64,000 nucleotides of DNA from Gekko japonicus (GCF_001447785.1 NW_015172003.1:1372708-1436707); one strand, 5' to 3'; numbered from the stretch's first letter, positions 48,401 through 63,400 are shown. Program-made: numbers and translations. The notes: generated from the letters alone by a model not told the origin.

Positions 48401-51400
48401 CTTTCTCACTCCCTGTCCCCAAACGCCTCTCCTTTTCTTGAGATAACATCAGTGATATCTTCATAGACCCATGAAAAATAAACCCTTGAAAGATTCCATT
48501 AGGACTTCAACAGCTTCTGCATCACTGGACCATTCCACAGAGTTTATTCACTTATTTTATATTTACTAATTACAACATTTATACCCTGCTTTTCTATTGT
48601 GACTGAACGTGGCTTGCACCTCCAAATTTTAAAACCAAAGTACAATAAACCCCCAATTAACTTCTTTCCAAGAAAAAGCCTGCAGCTTATACCCACTAAA
48701 AGCCCAAGTGAATAGAGAATCTTATAGCACCTCCTAAAAACTTCTAAGAATAGTACCACCCTCACCCCTTGGAACCTGTTCCATAGCATGGAAGCTGCTA
48801 TGCAAAAAGCTAGGACTCTTGTCAGTGTCAAGGACCAATAAGCAGGAACTTTTAAGTCTGTAGTTGGCACATGGGGAGATATGGAGGCTACTGTGCAACT
48901 ACGTGATAGACATATAAACATTCCTTTATATTAGAAAATATGTGTCTCCCAACTAAAGCTATGGCTCATCCTGGAAAATGACTTTTTTCTCACTGGCCTG
49001 GATGATAGGTCATACCTCTGCCCCTTTCTGATCTGAAGCAGCTGCTTAGCAGCAGTCCATCTTATAATCCAGAACTAGACTCTGCAACAAACCCAGTTTT
49101 CAACTACGATAGGCTCTTTCTTGAAACCGAGGGGGCCCACATGGCCTTTTATGATTTGGGGAAACTAGGTTTGTTTAGACAAAACTTTCCTTCAGTTACA
49201 AGACGTTTTTAGGGTTGCAAAGCTTTGGGTTCACTGCCTTGACGCATGTTTTATGGTGAGCAAGAAGAACATGGAGTTCATTGAGGCAGGAGTTGTATGT
49301 AGAAAACACAGATGATTTATTTACTTTACAGGTTGTTTTTAGAGAATGGCTCAGCAGCACAGGTCTCCAGACAGTCAAAGAAGAAGCCTGACTGAGGCAC
49401 ATTGCTGAGGCAGTGGCAGACCGTCTCAGTTCGTCTCTTGCCTTGAAAACCCCATGAAGGGTAGTCATAAGTTGGTTGCGACTTGATGGCACTTTCTACC
49501 ACCATGGAGTCAGAAAAGCATTAGTGGGGCTGAGATTTATTTTGAGCTAAAGTGCTACTGTTTTACTTCTGGGTTTTTTATGTTTTATACTGTTTTTTAT
49601 TTCTGTTTTTATTGCAAAATATTGCATGTGTCTAAGCGGGGTTGACCCTGGTTAGTACTTGGATGGGGACCACCAAGGAAGTCCAGGGTTGTGACGCAGA
49701 GGCAGGTGATGGCAAATCACCTCTGAACATCTCTCGCCTTGAAAACCCCATGGAGTCACAGCTGTGACTTGATGGGAAACAAAATGTGCTGCTAATGTTG
49801 CTGTTTGATATGAATGAGCTCTCTTTCAGGGTCTTGATTGCTTTGTTTTGGCCAAGACACTCAATAACATCAGGTATTTATTTTCTGGTCCATGTTTGCT
49901 TTTCAAGGCAAAAAAGTTGTTATGGGTGACCAAGCAACAGCGGTGATTCTCCACATCGATTCCCTGAAATCAAAGGTTTATGTTTCTCTTCAAGAAGAGC
50001 TTCTTTCCCCAAAACAAAAGACGGTATGGTTAAACTGAATTGCCTTGCATAAATGATGCTGACTGTATGTTTGCCAGTTTGATGAAAGAAACATGGTCGT
50101 ACTATCTAACATGTACTGCTGGTGGCGGTGGCAGGGGGGTTCGAAAACATGCTTAGTATCCTTCAAATGTCCAGAGGTATAGGGTGTAAGATAGATCATT
50201 GTTCTCTTCCTGCAACCTAGAGGGAAGGGAAAGTGGTAAATTATTTTAAGCAGTGCTGCCTTCGATGTTGTTTGTCCATTGTGAAGAACAGTTTAAATTT
50301 TTTAAATGGGTTTGGTGGAAAATCTTGCCACATTTTGAAAAATCCCTAGACTTGATTACACTGGTAACCTAAACATTTGATGCTGGTGCCCAGAAATCTT
50401 GCAGTTTCGTTTTGCAACCTTCAATAAGACAGGCCTAAATATGATAAAAGCTGGGTCTTGGGAAACTAAAATAATTTTCCAGTCTTTTCTAGGAAATTTG
50501 TGAAAGATTCATTACTGGATCTTTTCAGATGGAATAGAAATATCTGTCAATAATGCTTTAAATGTATGGCTTTGTGCCTCAGGATCCCTGCAGTCAGTAC
50601 CAGACTCTTGTCAGTTTGGGGTAGTGGTTAAGTGCGCGGACTCTAATCTGGGAGAACCAGGGTTGATTCCCCACTCCTCCACTTGCACCTGGCTGGATGA
50701 CCTTGGGCAAGCCATAGTTCTGATAAGAGCTGTTCTTGAAAAAGAGCAGTTTCTGTCATGAGTTCTCTCAGGCCCACCTACCTCACAAGATGTCTGTTGT
50801 GGGGAGGGGAAGGGAAAGAAATGTGTAAGGGTGGGGTATAAATCCAATCTCTTCTCTTCTTCTTCTCCTCTTGTCTTCTGTGTCTCCTCTGAAAGTCATT
50901 GTCTCTCTGTTTTCCAGTTGACAGCTGACTCTCAGCATCCAGCTGTGGTGCAGCACGTGGCTTCAGAGTATGCAGTTGCTTCCTTAGTGGAAACAGGTCA
51001 ATTGATTGCCATCCCTTTGGCCTCCCACTTCAATGATACATTCCGGTTTGATTCTGAAAAAATGAAGGTGGGGCAGTCAGTCATAGTGGTTCTGAAGACC
51101 ACAGAGGCAGGTGATCGTGGGCTTTTGCTTGCTTTGCTAAGTTCAAAAAAGAGAAGGAACATGACCAGGCGGCGACAGGAGTCCGAGACACTAGAGGAGA
51201 CATCAGCCGTGGTAAAACATTCTCTGTCCTTGGGAGATATGGTCACAGGAACTGTGAAGTCTGTCAGGCCCACCTTTGTTCTTGTGACACTATATGATAA
51301 GCTAATAGGCAACATTCATGCGTCCCAGATTTTGGATGATGTTCCCATTGGCAGCTTTCCCACATCAAAGTTAAAGGTTGGACAGAAGGTGACTGCTCGG

Positions 51401-54400
51401 GTCATCGGGGGTCGAGATGTTAAAACTCACAGGTAATAAACTTTTCTTCTCATGTTTTGTTTTCTTTTCTCACAGCTTATTTTAGCTTTTCTTTGTCACT
51501 GTGCCTGTTACAACACTGTACTGTAAATTTTTTCATCTTTGTCACATATACAGATGCATTCTAATGTCTTTTTGCCTCTGTTTATAATGTGCCTTCTTAG
51601 TTCAGATCATAACTGCAGTATAGCCTGATATTGTTCTAAATTGAATACCTGCTCCTTTCCATACAGAGCAGAGGAGGACAAACTTAGAAACCTGTTAGAA
51701 GCTAAATGGTCACAGCTCAGTTGGTATTCAGTTGCCTGTGGCTAATGCTTATGTGTCATTTACATAAACAAGCTGTAATGCCTATGTTTTAAAAATCACT
51801 TCCTGTTTTCTGACCGTTGACAAATACTCCCTAAAATATTGAAAACTTATATCCTTAAGCATAAGGCTTGAGTGCAATTTAAAGAAAGAAATCAGGAACA
51901 GCAAAGTTTCAGTGTCCTAGGTGCCATGTATTGCCCATTCTTAATGGAAGGCAAGATGAGGGTTGGTATTCCTGTATATAGCCCTTCTTAAATTGACAGG
52001 TTATCACTATGTTTGTGAGGAACTGGAACTAAGTGTTTGGCTGCTTGGAAAGCAAAGCCTTAAATGGTCAGAAAATTGTTTCTCCATCTGAAGGGAGTAG
52101 ACTTTGCAAGCATTTGCTTCTTGGTGCAATATCTTTTCACTACTGGTCTGAGGTAGAAAAATTGTCTAAAACTGCAAGAGTAAAGTTCTTTGTTGCCTTA
52201 TCTCAGGGAACTGAGTTAATATTTCTGAAGCAACATACCAAGGAAACATGTTGGCTTGGTTTAAAAATAATTTTGCTTCAAGTTGTCGTAGTGCAAGAGG
52301 GTAAAGTGCTGATTTCATAGTGTGTTGTCTAAAGCAAGGATCAAGTGCTAATAGAATTTTTCATGTTTCAGGTATCTGCCCATCTCCCATCCATACTTCA
52401 CCCAGACCATCCCAGAGCTCAGTATCCGACCAAGGTAAGGAGAGTTTTTAAATGCTGTGTTTTGGATGGGGGTGAATTTTTGTAACTTTTAAATGCCTAA
52501 ATTCTCATTATTGATCCGAATGCCAGTTATATGGTTTGATTTCTGTCTAGACCACAGGTGTCAAACATAAGGCCTGGTGGCTGGAACTGGCCTGTCCAGG
52601 GCTCTTATGTGGCCCACGAGCAACCAGTGCAAGGGAGGGAACAGGAGATTGCTCAGCGGGGAAGTGGGCGGAGCCCCTCCAATTGCGGCTTCAGCATGGC
52701 GGAACAACCTCATCTGCAGCAGTCAAGCAGCATGGGATTGTCTGCCCAGTGCTGCACTGCCGGCTCTCCAGTCCACTCATATGGGTTTTTCTTTGCAACT
52801 CCCCCAACCCATGGGGCCTTGCAGTGAGGATACAACAACTTGGAGCTTACCAGCTGCTATCCTTTATACAATTTATCTCTCCAGTACCTGGCACTACATT
52901 TTATGGCACGCATGGCCCGGCCCAACTAAGTGACATTTATGTCAGAACTGGCCCTCGTAACAAATAAGTTTGACACCTCTCGTCTAGAACCCCAAATCAT
53001 GTGAGGAGAATGTATCAGACAAAATTAAATCAGATCCAAACATAGTGGTATGCAGTGAACAGAGGAATTGTGGTTAGGAAAAGCTGATTCACCTGGAGAA
53101 TGCTTGAGCTGGAAATATTGGGAGAAGGCTAGACAATTAATTTTAAACCGCTGGGCTTCTTAGCATACATCCAGCTACCCCAAACACTCCTACTAGTCCA
53201 AACATTCCTATTGTTCATTATTTTGCAGAATTCAAAGATTGCTGCCACATACCGTTACTTTAACTTACACAAACAGCTGTAAGAATCTCATTCTTACGTA
53301 ATTTAAGAATTCACTAGGTCTGCAACATGCATCCTGGTATGTGTTAGTGCATTATGGTCCTTGCTTTTGATTGCAGCATGAGTAGAGAGAGGGCATTTTG
53401 CTTAAGGAGAGAAGAAAAATAGAAAAACGAAGCCTCACGCTCCCCACTACATTTATAATGCTACATTTATAATGCTCATCTGTTATAACCAGGGAACTGA
53501 AAGGAGAAAGCAACACAGCCCTGTGTCCTGAAGAATGCAACACAGAAGAAGTGTTAAAGCCTTTCAAGCCTGGGCAGATGGTGACATGCTTTGTTAAGAA
53601 GGTGAAGCCTGGAATTGCTCAAAACCTGTCAAGTTTTGTTTGGTTGGTTTTTTAACTTAGGCCAGTTAGCATTTTATATTCAGAAAGAGTGAAATCTTCC
53701 AGAATACAATAGATAGATACATGATCGGAAATTCTGAAAGTATATCTTTTCAGAAGTAGTCTCCAGTTATTTCTTTTAAGTTGGAAATCACTTTCCTAAT
53801 TTTACTTTTTAGCTTTGTGCTTGTAAGGGGAAAGGTACGTTAATGGTGAAATATCTAGGTGAATTTTAGGACTTGATTACTTATTAAATGCATAATAAAT
53901 CCACAGGGTATCCATGTTCGTCTGTTGCTGCAAAGTTAAATAGAAGTCTAGTGCCATCTTAAAGATTAACAAAATTTAGCACCCTATTCAAGCCTGGTGG
54001 ACAGAAAAGATGTTAAATTTCTTGATGAATCTGACTTCAGCACTATCATGTTGGATTCTTTCTCTGAAGTTCTTTTTTTAAGAGAACAGTAACCTTTAGA
54101 TCAGCAACAGTGTGTCTTGGAAGACTGAAGTGTTCCCAGTGTAACCCTGAATGATCATGCTATACTGTGCCTTTTCCCAATGGAATAATGAAATACGGTG
54201 TCTTCTCTCCTTTGGCTTCTGTTCCAGTACGACACCATAAAGAAATGGCTGGAGGTGGAAATTACTGCTAATGTCAGAGGGAGAGTTCAGCCACTGCTCC
54301 TTTCCCCTAACACCAAGGTAAGAAGTCAATGATATATAAGGGGAGGGGGGCTCTTGGATACATGAGGCTGCAAGCAGCAACACAGAAATCTTTCCCACAG

Positions 54401-57400
54401 TAGTAGACATGCATGTCGTTACAATGCTACGGATACATTTGCCTAGTTATGTTTTAAGGAGAGCTCCAGCACATGAAGCTGCCATATTTTGACCACTGGC
54501 CCATCTGTTGTCTACTCTGGCCGTGGCTTTCCAGGACCTCAGGTGGAGGTCTTTCACATCATCTGCTACCTGATCATTTAACTTGAGATGCCAGTTATTA
54601 AACTGGGTCCTTCTACATGCAAAACTTGTGCCATACCATTAAACTACAGGTGGTCAACAGAAGCTGCCTAAAAACACACCACTGCTATGGATACAGGACT
54701 AATTCTAATTCAGAGATGTAACCAGCCATAGAATGAGGCTTTTTTTGTTGGTAATAAGAGCTTCTTCTCCCCTCAGGTCTTAAAACACGCAGAAAAATAC
54801 TTCAAGAAAGGACAAACTTTGGCTGCAACAGTGGTAGGCTCTGACATCACTGAAACCAAACTCTCTCTGTCACTGACAGGTATGATCTAAGAACGTCAAA
54901 CAAATTCTCTGTTATGAATTGTTTGCCTAGTCATTAGAACGGTACTTCCAATATACATGCTGCTACCCTAATGCAGAGTTCTCTTGTGCATGACAAGCTC
55001 CAGTTGTCTTATGGAGCTTCCTGGCCCAAAAGGTCTTCCCATTCACTGTAGTGTCAAATACCACTCAATGTACACATCTGTATTATCCATGTGTGGGACC
55101 CCCTTTTAGATAGACTCCATATGCAGATGAGTGTTCCAACAGCGGTCTGGATCTGGTGCATGATAAGTGAACCAAGAAATACTCTATCCATTTGTAGCCA
55201 CTGATCATGTTACCTTGGGTGAGGTTTGTTTTACATAATCGTGGGTGAAGCCTGAGATGAAAACAGGTTAAGCTAGAAAAGGTCTCTGAATAAGTAATGA
55301 CTCTTCAAATTTTTATCGTCATGTGGAACTTATAAGCAATACATCTGTCAGTATTTGTATACCGGTCAAGTAGAGTCTTAGAAATTTTATAGACTCCATC
55401 TTTCTGCACCAGTGCCGTAGGGTTCTCTGTGTTATATTTGTGAGTGGAGGCAGCAGCCTTAGTATATGAGAGTTGAAATAAGAGGCACTTAAGCTTAGGG
55501 TACAACACATTCATTCATTCAATTTATACCCCGTCCTCCCCGCCGGAGCATAGCCTCAGGAGGTGCAAATGTATGAAGACTTTGGTATATGGTGTCTGTG
55601 AACATGAATCTTTTCATTTCTTGACCAGGAGTTCATTCTCTGGAGAAAGGAACCATCGTTCTAGGCTATGTCAAGAAGGTGATTCCACATGTTGGCCTGA
55701 CTATCACGCTTCCCTTTGGAAAGACTGGCAAAGCCAGCCTTTTCCACTTGAGTGATTCATTCGTTGAGCAGCCACTAGAAGGTTTCAGCACGGGACAACT
55801 TGTCAAGTAAGACCTTTCTGCAAAATCATTATGATGATCTCACCTTCAAATATTCTGTACACGCATGGAGGATTTTATGCTGCTTTTCAGTTTGCAGAAT
55901 ATTGAATTATGAATGCTGTCTGTGAAAAAGTTTAAAAGCTAAGCTTGTTCAGAAGATAACATCCTTGTATGTGTGCAAGCTCTCTGTTACTGTGTAACTG
56001 TCCCTCAGATTCTGTCCCCGAACTAATTCCTTTCCCTAAACTAAAAGTTAGTTCCTTTGTGTTTGGGTGCCTGTATTGTAAGATGGACACACAAATAACT
56101 TTTATTTCTTCCTTCTCTTTACCCTTGTTAAAATGTCCATGTTCTTCTGTTGGTACTTCTAGATGCTGTGTCCTTTCTAATGATGATAATATAATGGAAG
56201 TGTCCCTCCGGCAGTCCAGGTAAGGAATTCAGTTGCATGCTAAATACAGACTAGCAGGAGTGAAGTAGATTTTTTAAAAATTGGCATCCTTTTTTAAGAA
56301 TATTCAAAATTAAAATGAATTGCTGTGACGGGGAAGTGCCAACACCGGTTTGGGAAGTTCCTGGAGATCTGGGGGTGGAGCCTGAGAAGGGCAGAGTCTG
56401 TTGAGGGGGGGGGGAGGGAGCTCAGAAGGGACATGAGGCCTCTGAAGCTGCCTTTTTCTCCGGGGGGTCTGATCTTCGTAGTCTGGAGATCAGTTTTAGT
56501 TCTGGAAGAATTCTGGGCCCCAACTGGAGACTGGCAGCCCTATTCATGTGTAAGTGCATACAGTCAGGATTCCATTAGTTGAGAGGGGTTCTGCATTCAA
56601 AATCTGATTTTCCATTATGGTACACTTGCAGGCCTGGGAATTTTTGGATGCTGTAGCCAGTTGGGAGGCTTGATGTTTTCCAGAAGTTCAGATTTACTTT
56701 TGCCAAGCCAGCAGGAGGGCATCTCATTCCACCCCTGTCTTTTGTAGGGTTAATCCCAAGAGCCATGGTAAAGTAGAAGACACTGAAATCATGAGCCTCG
56801 ATAATGTTCAGGAAGGTCAGCTCATCAGAGGCTACGTCACCTCTGTGACACCATCTGGTATCTTCTTTGGGTGAGTTTAGTGTGCTGGGCATAAAAATGA
56901 ATTTAGAAAAATGCACATATTAGCTGGGCATATTCTTTATGTTGAATAAATTGTGAAATGTCTGCAGGTTCCAGTTCCAGGCTAGATCCAGCGCCCCAAA
57001 TTACTTTACTCTGTTTTTTTCTTCTCAGGCTCCCTGTAGTTCGTATAGTTGAAAAATATCTCTTTTTTAAAGCAGTGGAAGGAAGTAGGATCTTTGTTTC
57101 TGACATTTTCCTGCTCTGTCCTTCAGCCCATCAAGAATGCAGAACATTCTGGGTTGACTAGAGCTGTGGTCCAAGCTTCCTGGGACCCCTGCTATTCGCT
57201 TTCTGCTTTCATAGCCTGGCTGCTGTTTTATGGCAAGCCAAGGTTCAGGTTCCAGTCAGGGCTGGCTGGGGAGGGGGGGTGTGTGCTTTGCAGTGATCTG
57301 GCTTTTGAAGTGAGACCTGTCGTTTTTTAAAAAAATAGACTGTCTGATTCTGTTGTGGGTCGGATCCCATTGGAATACATCACCCATCTCTTTGTGCCGG

Positions 57401-60400
57401 ATCAGCGTATATGTGCAAAATTTATACACATCGGACAGTTACTCACTGCCAAAGTTCTCCGGTAAGTGTCTTGTTTAACTCACTGCTGAATTTGGGATGG
57501 GAGAACTTTGATACAGAACAGATAAAACTCTGTCATTTATGAAGGGCCATGGAGGCAGTCTGGTTTAGGGGAAACAGAGAATTGAATTCATATACCACTT
57601 AATCTTTGGTCAAATATTTATGAAATGCTAATTATAATAATCTATCAGAGTTGGTGTGAAGCTGAAGAAGATAAGGAATGTAAAGCACTTAGCATATTTT
57701 AAAAAAGCACTATGTAAGATTTCATACTTATAGTAGTTCTCTTTTTCTGCCATTCTTTCCCCACCACCACTCTCTTTTATTTTCCTAACAATTATACAGT
57801 ATAAACAAAGAAGAGAATCATGTGGAGCTCTCAGTTCTTCCTAAAGACACTGGGAGACCAAGTATTATCCCAGAGTCCCTGGGTTTGCCACACAGTGAAA
57901 TGGACACAAATGTTAAGAAGTTGAAGAAGCGCAAAAGTTCTGAAAGTGAACAGGTATCTGTCTGGGTGGGAGATTTAGACCCGGTAGCTGTGGTGATAGG
58001 AAGGCCTGGGGTATAATTTTATCACGCTGCATGTATTTGGGGTTTTTACATATACAAAGGTGTTTGATAAAGCGTTTTTTTTAAACTGTGTGTGTAAAAT
58101 TTTCTTTCCTAATGAATAGAAAGTAAAGCGAGGAAAAAAGAGAGTTCGTTGCACTGAAGAGGACGATAGTGGTATTGAGGTCTATTGTCGGGAGGAAGAG
58201 GAGGAAGAAAAGTATGAGAAGAGCTCTAAGGTGAAGAATTATGGAAGTGGAAGAACATCTGGACTTCTTTAGAGTGTTTTTAATGGTGGTTTTTGCTGCA
58301 TTCTTTTATTACAAAATCTTTTGGTTTTTCTCGTATTAGGGAAGAGAGGTTCCCAGGCTGAAGGTTTCCACCAGCTTTACGTGGGAGGAAGATTTAAATG
58401 TACTGGATACAACCATGTTGAGAGACAGAGAGCAGAGTTCTTCCAGTGAGGAAGATGAAGAAGATACACAGTTGACGGTGCGTACCTCAGTACACTCTGC
58501 TTCAGAATCACTTTATATGCAGCCAGGAGTCCTATATGCTGATCTTTAACTTAGTACTTCTAGGGCTTTCCATGCTGGCCTGAAAAGTATAGTGTGTTTT
58601 TTCTGAAAGTGAGAGATTTTGGTACAGTTAGGACAATAAGAAAAGGCATAGCAGGATTATAGTCTCTCTCTTTAACTTCAGATCATGTTGGGAATTGTGT
58701 TATGCATATTCTTCCTTGTTTTGGAGGCTTGTGACTGTAAATATGTATTCTTTCTTGAGTTGTGCTGCTTAGATGAGGTGATGACAAACATGGAGTTGTA
58801 TATACAGCTACCACAAAGCTTCCTTTCAGTAACCATCCTCCACACATTTGGGGAGATGTAGGAAGCATTCGGACGGAAGCTGTATCAGTTTAGTTAAGTG
58901 GACCACAAACTAAGTCAGGCAAGGTAATGCAGGGTAAGTAATAGACGTGTGTATTGCTGGTCTTGGGTGGCAGGAGGGTTTGGGGACGTAGGTTGCTATG
59001 CTGCAGTGCTCAGGGTGCCACAGCTAAGGGCCAACTATGTCAACTGTTCCAAATTGTATCTCTTCTACAGAAAGTCTATGACCTCTTTAAGTGCCTGCCG
59101 CTTAGAATAGCTTTGAGTGACCATGTGATTGGACATATTACTCCCCTTACGTTGAATCTTGTAGCATCACTGCTATTCCAGTCATCATTCCCTTCCTCTC
59201 TTGTCCTGTTTCCTTTTAAGACAAAGAAACTAACAAGGCAGAACAAGGAGCTGGAGAAGCAAAGGGCAGAAAAGGAACTCTCCAAACTGGAAGCTGCCCT
59301 GATGGACCCTACTCGGCAGCCCCAGTCTGCAGATGACTTTGACCGCTTGGTCCTTGGCAACCCAGACAGCTCCATCCTCTGGTTGCAGTATATGGCCTTC
59401 CATCTCCAGGCGACAGAGATAGAGAAGGCCAGAGCTGTGGCCGAGAGGGCCCTCAAAACAATTTCCTTCAGGTGAATCTCCTTTCCTTTTTTTGCCTGTA
59501 GCTATTCCTACCTATTTAAGATCTGGTTTGACTAATCTCTTGTCAGAAGAGATCACCTGCCGGATTAAATGGATTTAACATTGTTCATCTCTCTTCCCTT
59601 CACTCCTTCACTTTCTGTACAATTGCAATCCAGTGTGGTGAGCTAGAACACTGAGATTCTGTACCAAGTCTTCCTATTAACTTAAGTGTGATGGGCAATG
59701 CCTTGATTTCTGATTCCGCTTCAGCCACTTTTTTCCTGTTTTATCCTGCTGCTTTTTTCTTCTTTTAGTCATTGTAAGGATGAGTTTTATTTATGATATT
59801 GGTCTGATGTTGTGATTCATACCATGTTGATTTTATTACACGCCACTTTAGGCATTTTTAAATGTGATTTTGTTATAAAAACTGCTGGCATGGGACTGCT
59901 ATAAAAATGCAAAGGTCCAAACTAGTCTTCCCTTTAAGCTGAGTTAGTGTAAGCTAGCTCACAGGTTTTTAGCCTCCAGCTCACAGATTTTTGTCTTAGC
60001 TCAGGAAGGATGGCTCCAGAGCAAACTAATGTATGCAGTAGCCAAATCACTTGCTCACAACTTTAATGCCAGTAGCTCACAAAGTAGAATTTTTGCTCAC
60101 AAGACTCCACAGCTTAGAGGGAGCATTGGTCCAAACCAAGATCTAGAGCTCTCCGGCTACTCTCTCATTTCTTAACATCATCCAGATTTCCAAGAATTCC
60201 AACAGTTTACCTGGGGATGCTGCTGCTGTCACCCAGGAAAGTTGGATAGTTAGTGAAACCCATAGAGATCAGAATCCCCAGAGTGCACTGGGTTTCCTTG
60301 TTGCATTTTTGGGATGTGTAGTTTTGAGTTTATCTCAAGAGTCACAATTCTAATTGGTCCTTCAGTAGTCGTACCCATCTGCTAATGGCATTCAACAATG

Positions 60401-63400
60401 GAAAAGAAAATTCTCTGGCTTGTATTAATTGCAGTGGCGTTCTTTTTATGAGTCTTATTAGTTTTAATGTTTCTTGCTAGTTTCATTGTGCTATCATTGC
60501 TTCTCTGTTAATGATAGGACATTCTGGGGGTCATCAATTCATAGGGTCACCATAAGTTGGAAGTGTCTTGACGGCACTTAACCCACACATCATTGCTTCA
60601 GTTGTGGGTTCATTGATTTTTAGAGTTGGTGTATAAACTATTTATACAGATATTTTAAATGTTTGTATTTTAACTACTGCTGGAGACTGTTGTGTGTGTA
60701 AAGATTATTAAGAGGGTTGAGTATAAAAATAAAAAGGGCCACGTGAGTTCATGAAGCGCTGCAGTGACCCTCTTTCAGCACATGGGGAATGGAAACTGAA
60801 CAGAGTAGAGAGAAAGAAAAGAGATGGTTCTACAGTGATTTTTAATTACATCCACCCTGATTGCACAGATCAGTGGTAGAGCATCTGCTTTGTATGCAGA
60901 AGGTCCCAGGTTCAGTTCCTGGCATCGCCAGCTAAAAGGATTGGACAGTAAATGATACGGGAGACCTTGGAGACTTGCTGAGGGAGAAGATAATACTGAC
61001 CTTGATAGACCAGTGGTCTGACTCTCAGTCTCTGTGTTCATGTCATTGGAAACCAGGGAGTTAGGGTGGTATATACCTGATTAACCCAACTCATATGTGC
61101 CAAAGAGAAGTTTACAAAAGGCAACAGCAGTGGACAATTTACTTGCCTTTTCTGGGTAATGTTAGGGATCTGTTGATTAGGAGTCATTGTTTCAGTAAAG
61201 AAATATAAGCTTTGGTCGATATGTGTGTTTGTTTCCAAGGGAAGAGCAAGAGAAGGTGAATGGGTGGGTAGCCCTGCTGACCCTGGAGAACATGTACGGT
61301 ACAGAGGAAGCCCTGATGAAAGTCTTTGAAAGAGCCATTCAGTACAATGAGCCCCTGAAAGTTTTTCAACAGCTGGCAGACATCTATGCTGATTCTGAGA
61401 AATATAAGGTGAGGCCTAGTAACAGCAGTGTTTTAAAGTGGAGAGTCACTGCTGCTACCCTGTATAACTGGAAAATGACTTATTGAATGAGTCTGGGCTT
61501 CCTTCCGTCCTGTGGAATCCAGTACTGTGGCTGTATCTTCAGTTTGGGACAGGTAGCAAGCTTATTCTTTATGTGGCTTTGTCCAGTCAGTGCCTAGGTG
61601 TTTCCTTACTCTGGGTGTTTGGCTTTAGCTAGATTCTATTCATTATTTATCACAAAATGTGCAGTCAGAAGACATGAGATCAACATGCTTAAACTAATAC
61701 TAGATGCAGATTTTCATTGTCCTGGTTGCTAGATTTAGAATTTCTTTTTATTTTATATAAACATACAAAAAAAATTCTTTACTAGATCCAGGATACACAT
61801 TGGCTTTTCAAAGCAAGCAAACTTGGGGGAGGAGTTCAAGATCACAGATTTTAAGACTGGGTACTGAAGGAAATGTGAGAAGGTAGTTTGCAAATCATGT
61901 CTGTTCCTTCCATCACTGTCTGCCTGAATCTCTTAGGGCCCTGTATCTTTATGCTTGTCAGCCTGTAACCACAAGAGTAGCCAATAATAGTTTTTGAAGT
62001 GGGCAGACGACAGGACAGGAAATCCAAGAATAGAGACAGTAAGTTCTCAGAAGCTAGTGTGTCACTTACTAGCCCATATGTAGAGTTGGAAGACTGATGA
62101 CCTGGATTTTAGTCCTGATCCTACCTTGAATGGCATTTTTAAATTCACGGGTTCAGTTTTCTGGTGTTCATAAATGAGAAGTGACAGCTCCTTGCCTTTA
62201 GATATGTGTGGGTTTTGCGTATTAAGATTGATCCATTCTTTTTTCTGTACCTGTCAGCAAGCTGATGATCTGTACAATACAATGCTGAAGCGCTTTCGCC
62301 AGGATAAGTCTGTGTGGGTGAAATATACCACTTTTCTTCTGAAAAGAGGCCTGGTAGAGGCAGCTCACAGGCTCCTCCCACGTGCACTCAAGTGTCTGCC
62401 AGACAAAGAACGTAAGAGCCTCTTGGTTTACTGTTTTTATGGTTGGTGGCTTATTGTAGCTTCCCCTCTAGCATTCCCCTCCACAAAGCCCAAGACTGTC
62501 TGATACTGATTCTGCCCTGCCTCCTAAGATTGTATGACTCTCCAAACTGGAGCAGAAAAATGGTCTCCAGAACATGACTTGAATGCGCCCCCCCCCCCAA
62601 TACTCAAACTCACGTAGAATTATGGAGGACACAAAAGCTTGCACACTGTTCTGTGTTGCTTTGGTTGGACTTTAAAAAAAGGGGTATTAGTAGATTTTGG
62701 TTTTGGATTTTCATTTGGATCAAGTGGCTACCAGGAACTTCACATTTCTTATTGATTTTTTGGGTAGTGTTTGCTAACAGTTACTAATAGGGGTGGGCAC
62801 AAACTGGGAAAATGGAGGTTCGTCCCAGTTCATTGGTTCACAAGAACCACAAACCTTCATGACCCTCTCCATTTACCAAACCGGTTCATTTCATGAGGTT
62901 CGTAATGCAGGTGTGTGTGGGGGGGAGATCTGAGATCTTCCCTCCCTCCTTTCTGCTAGGGCTGGCTTCCTGAGGCCAGCAACATGGAAGGGTGGGAGAG
63001 ACCTTGCAAAAGCCATTGAAAAGGAACGTTCCCTTTAAATGGCTTTTGCAAGCCATGCAGCATGCGAATTAAGTCCAAGTGGTGAGTTCACCCAGAAGTG
63101 AGTGAACTTGCCGCTTGGACTTCACTCACGCACAGACCGCTGGTACAAACCACACAAAACTCCGTGGAAAAGCATGGAGCTCCATTGCTGGCGTGATCGC
63201 ATGACCCTTGGCTCACGAACCAAAAAAAGGGTGATTTTCATCATGAAATTAGGTTCATGAGCCCGTGTGTGCCCATCCCTAGTTATTGATACTAGGTGTT
63301 CTAAAAAAAACTAAACCGGAATCATCGTTGATAACTTCCCTTTTAAATGTGAGAGTTTAATTGTGTTTAACTTCAGATGCTGGGGGTAGTTCCTGATAAT

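Noticed and set aside
47780-49140. Possible L2 LINE remnants in the PDCD11 intron
   Set aside because: Only a faint RLD.CN-like trace near 49070; too degraded to bound or classify by eye.
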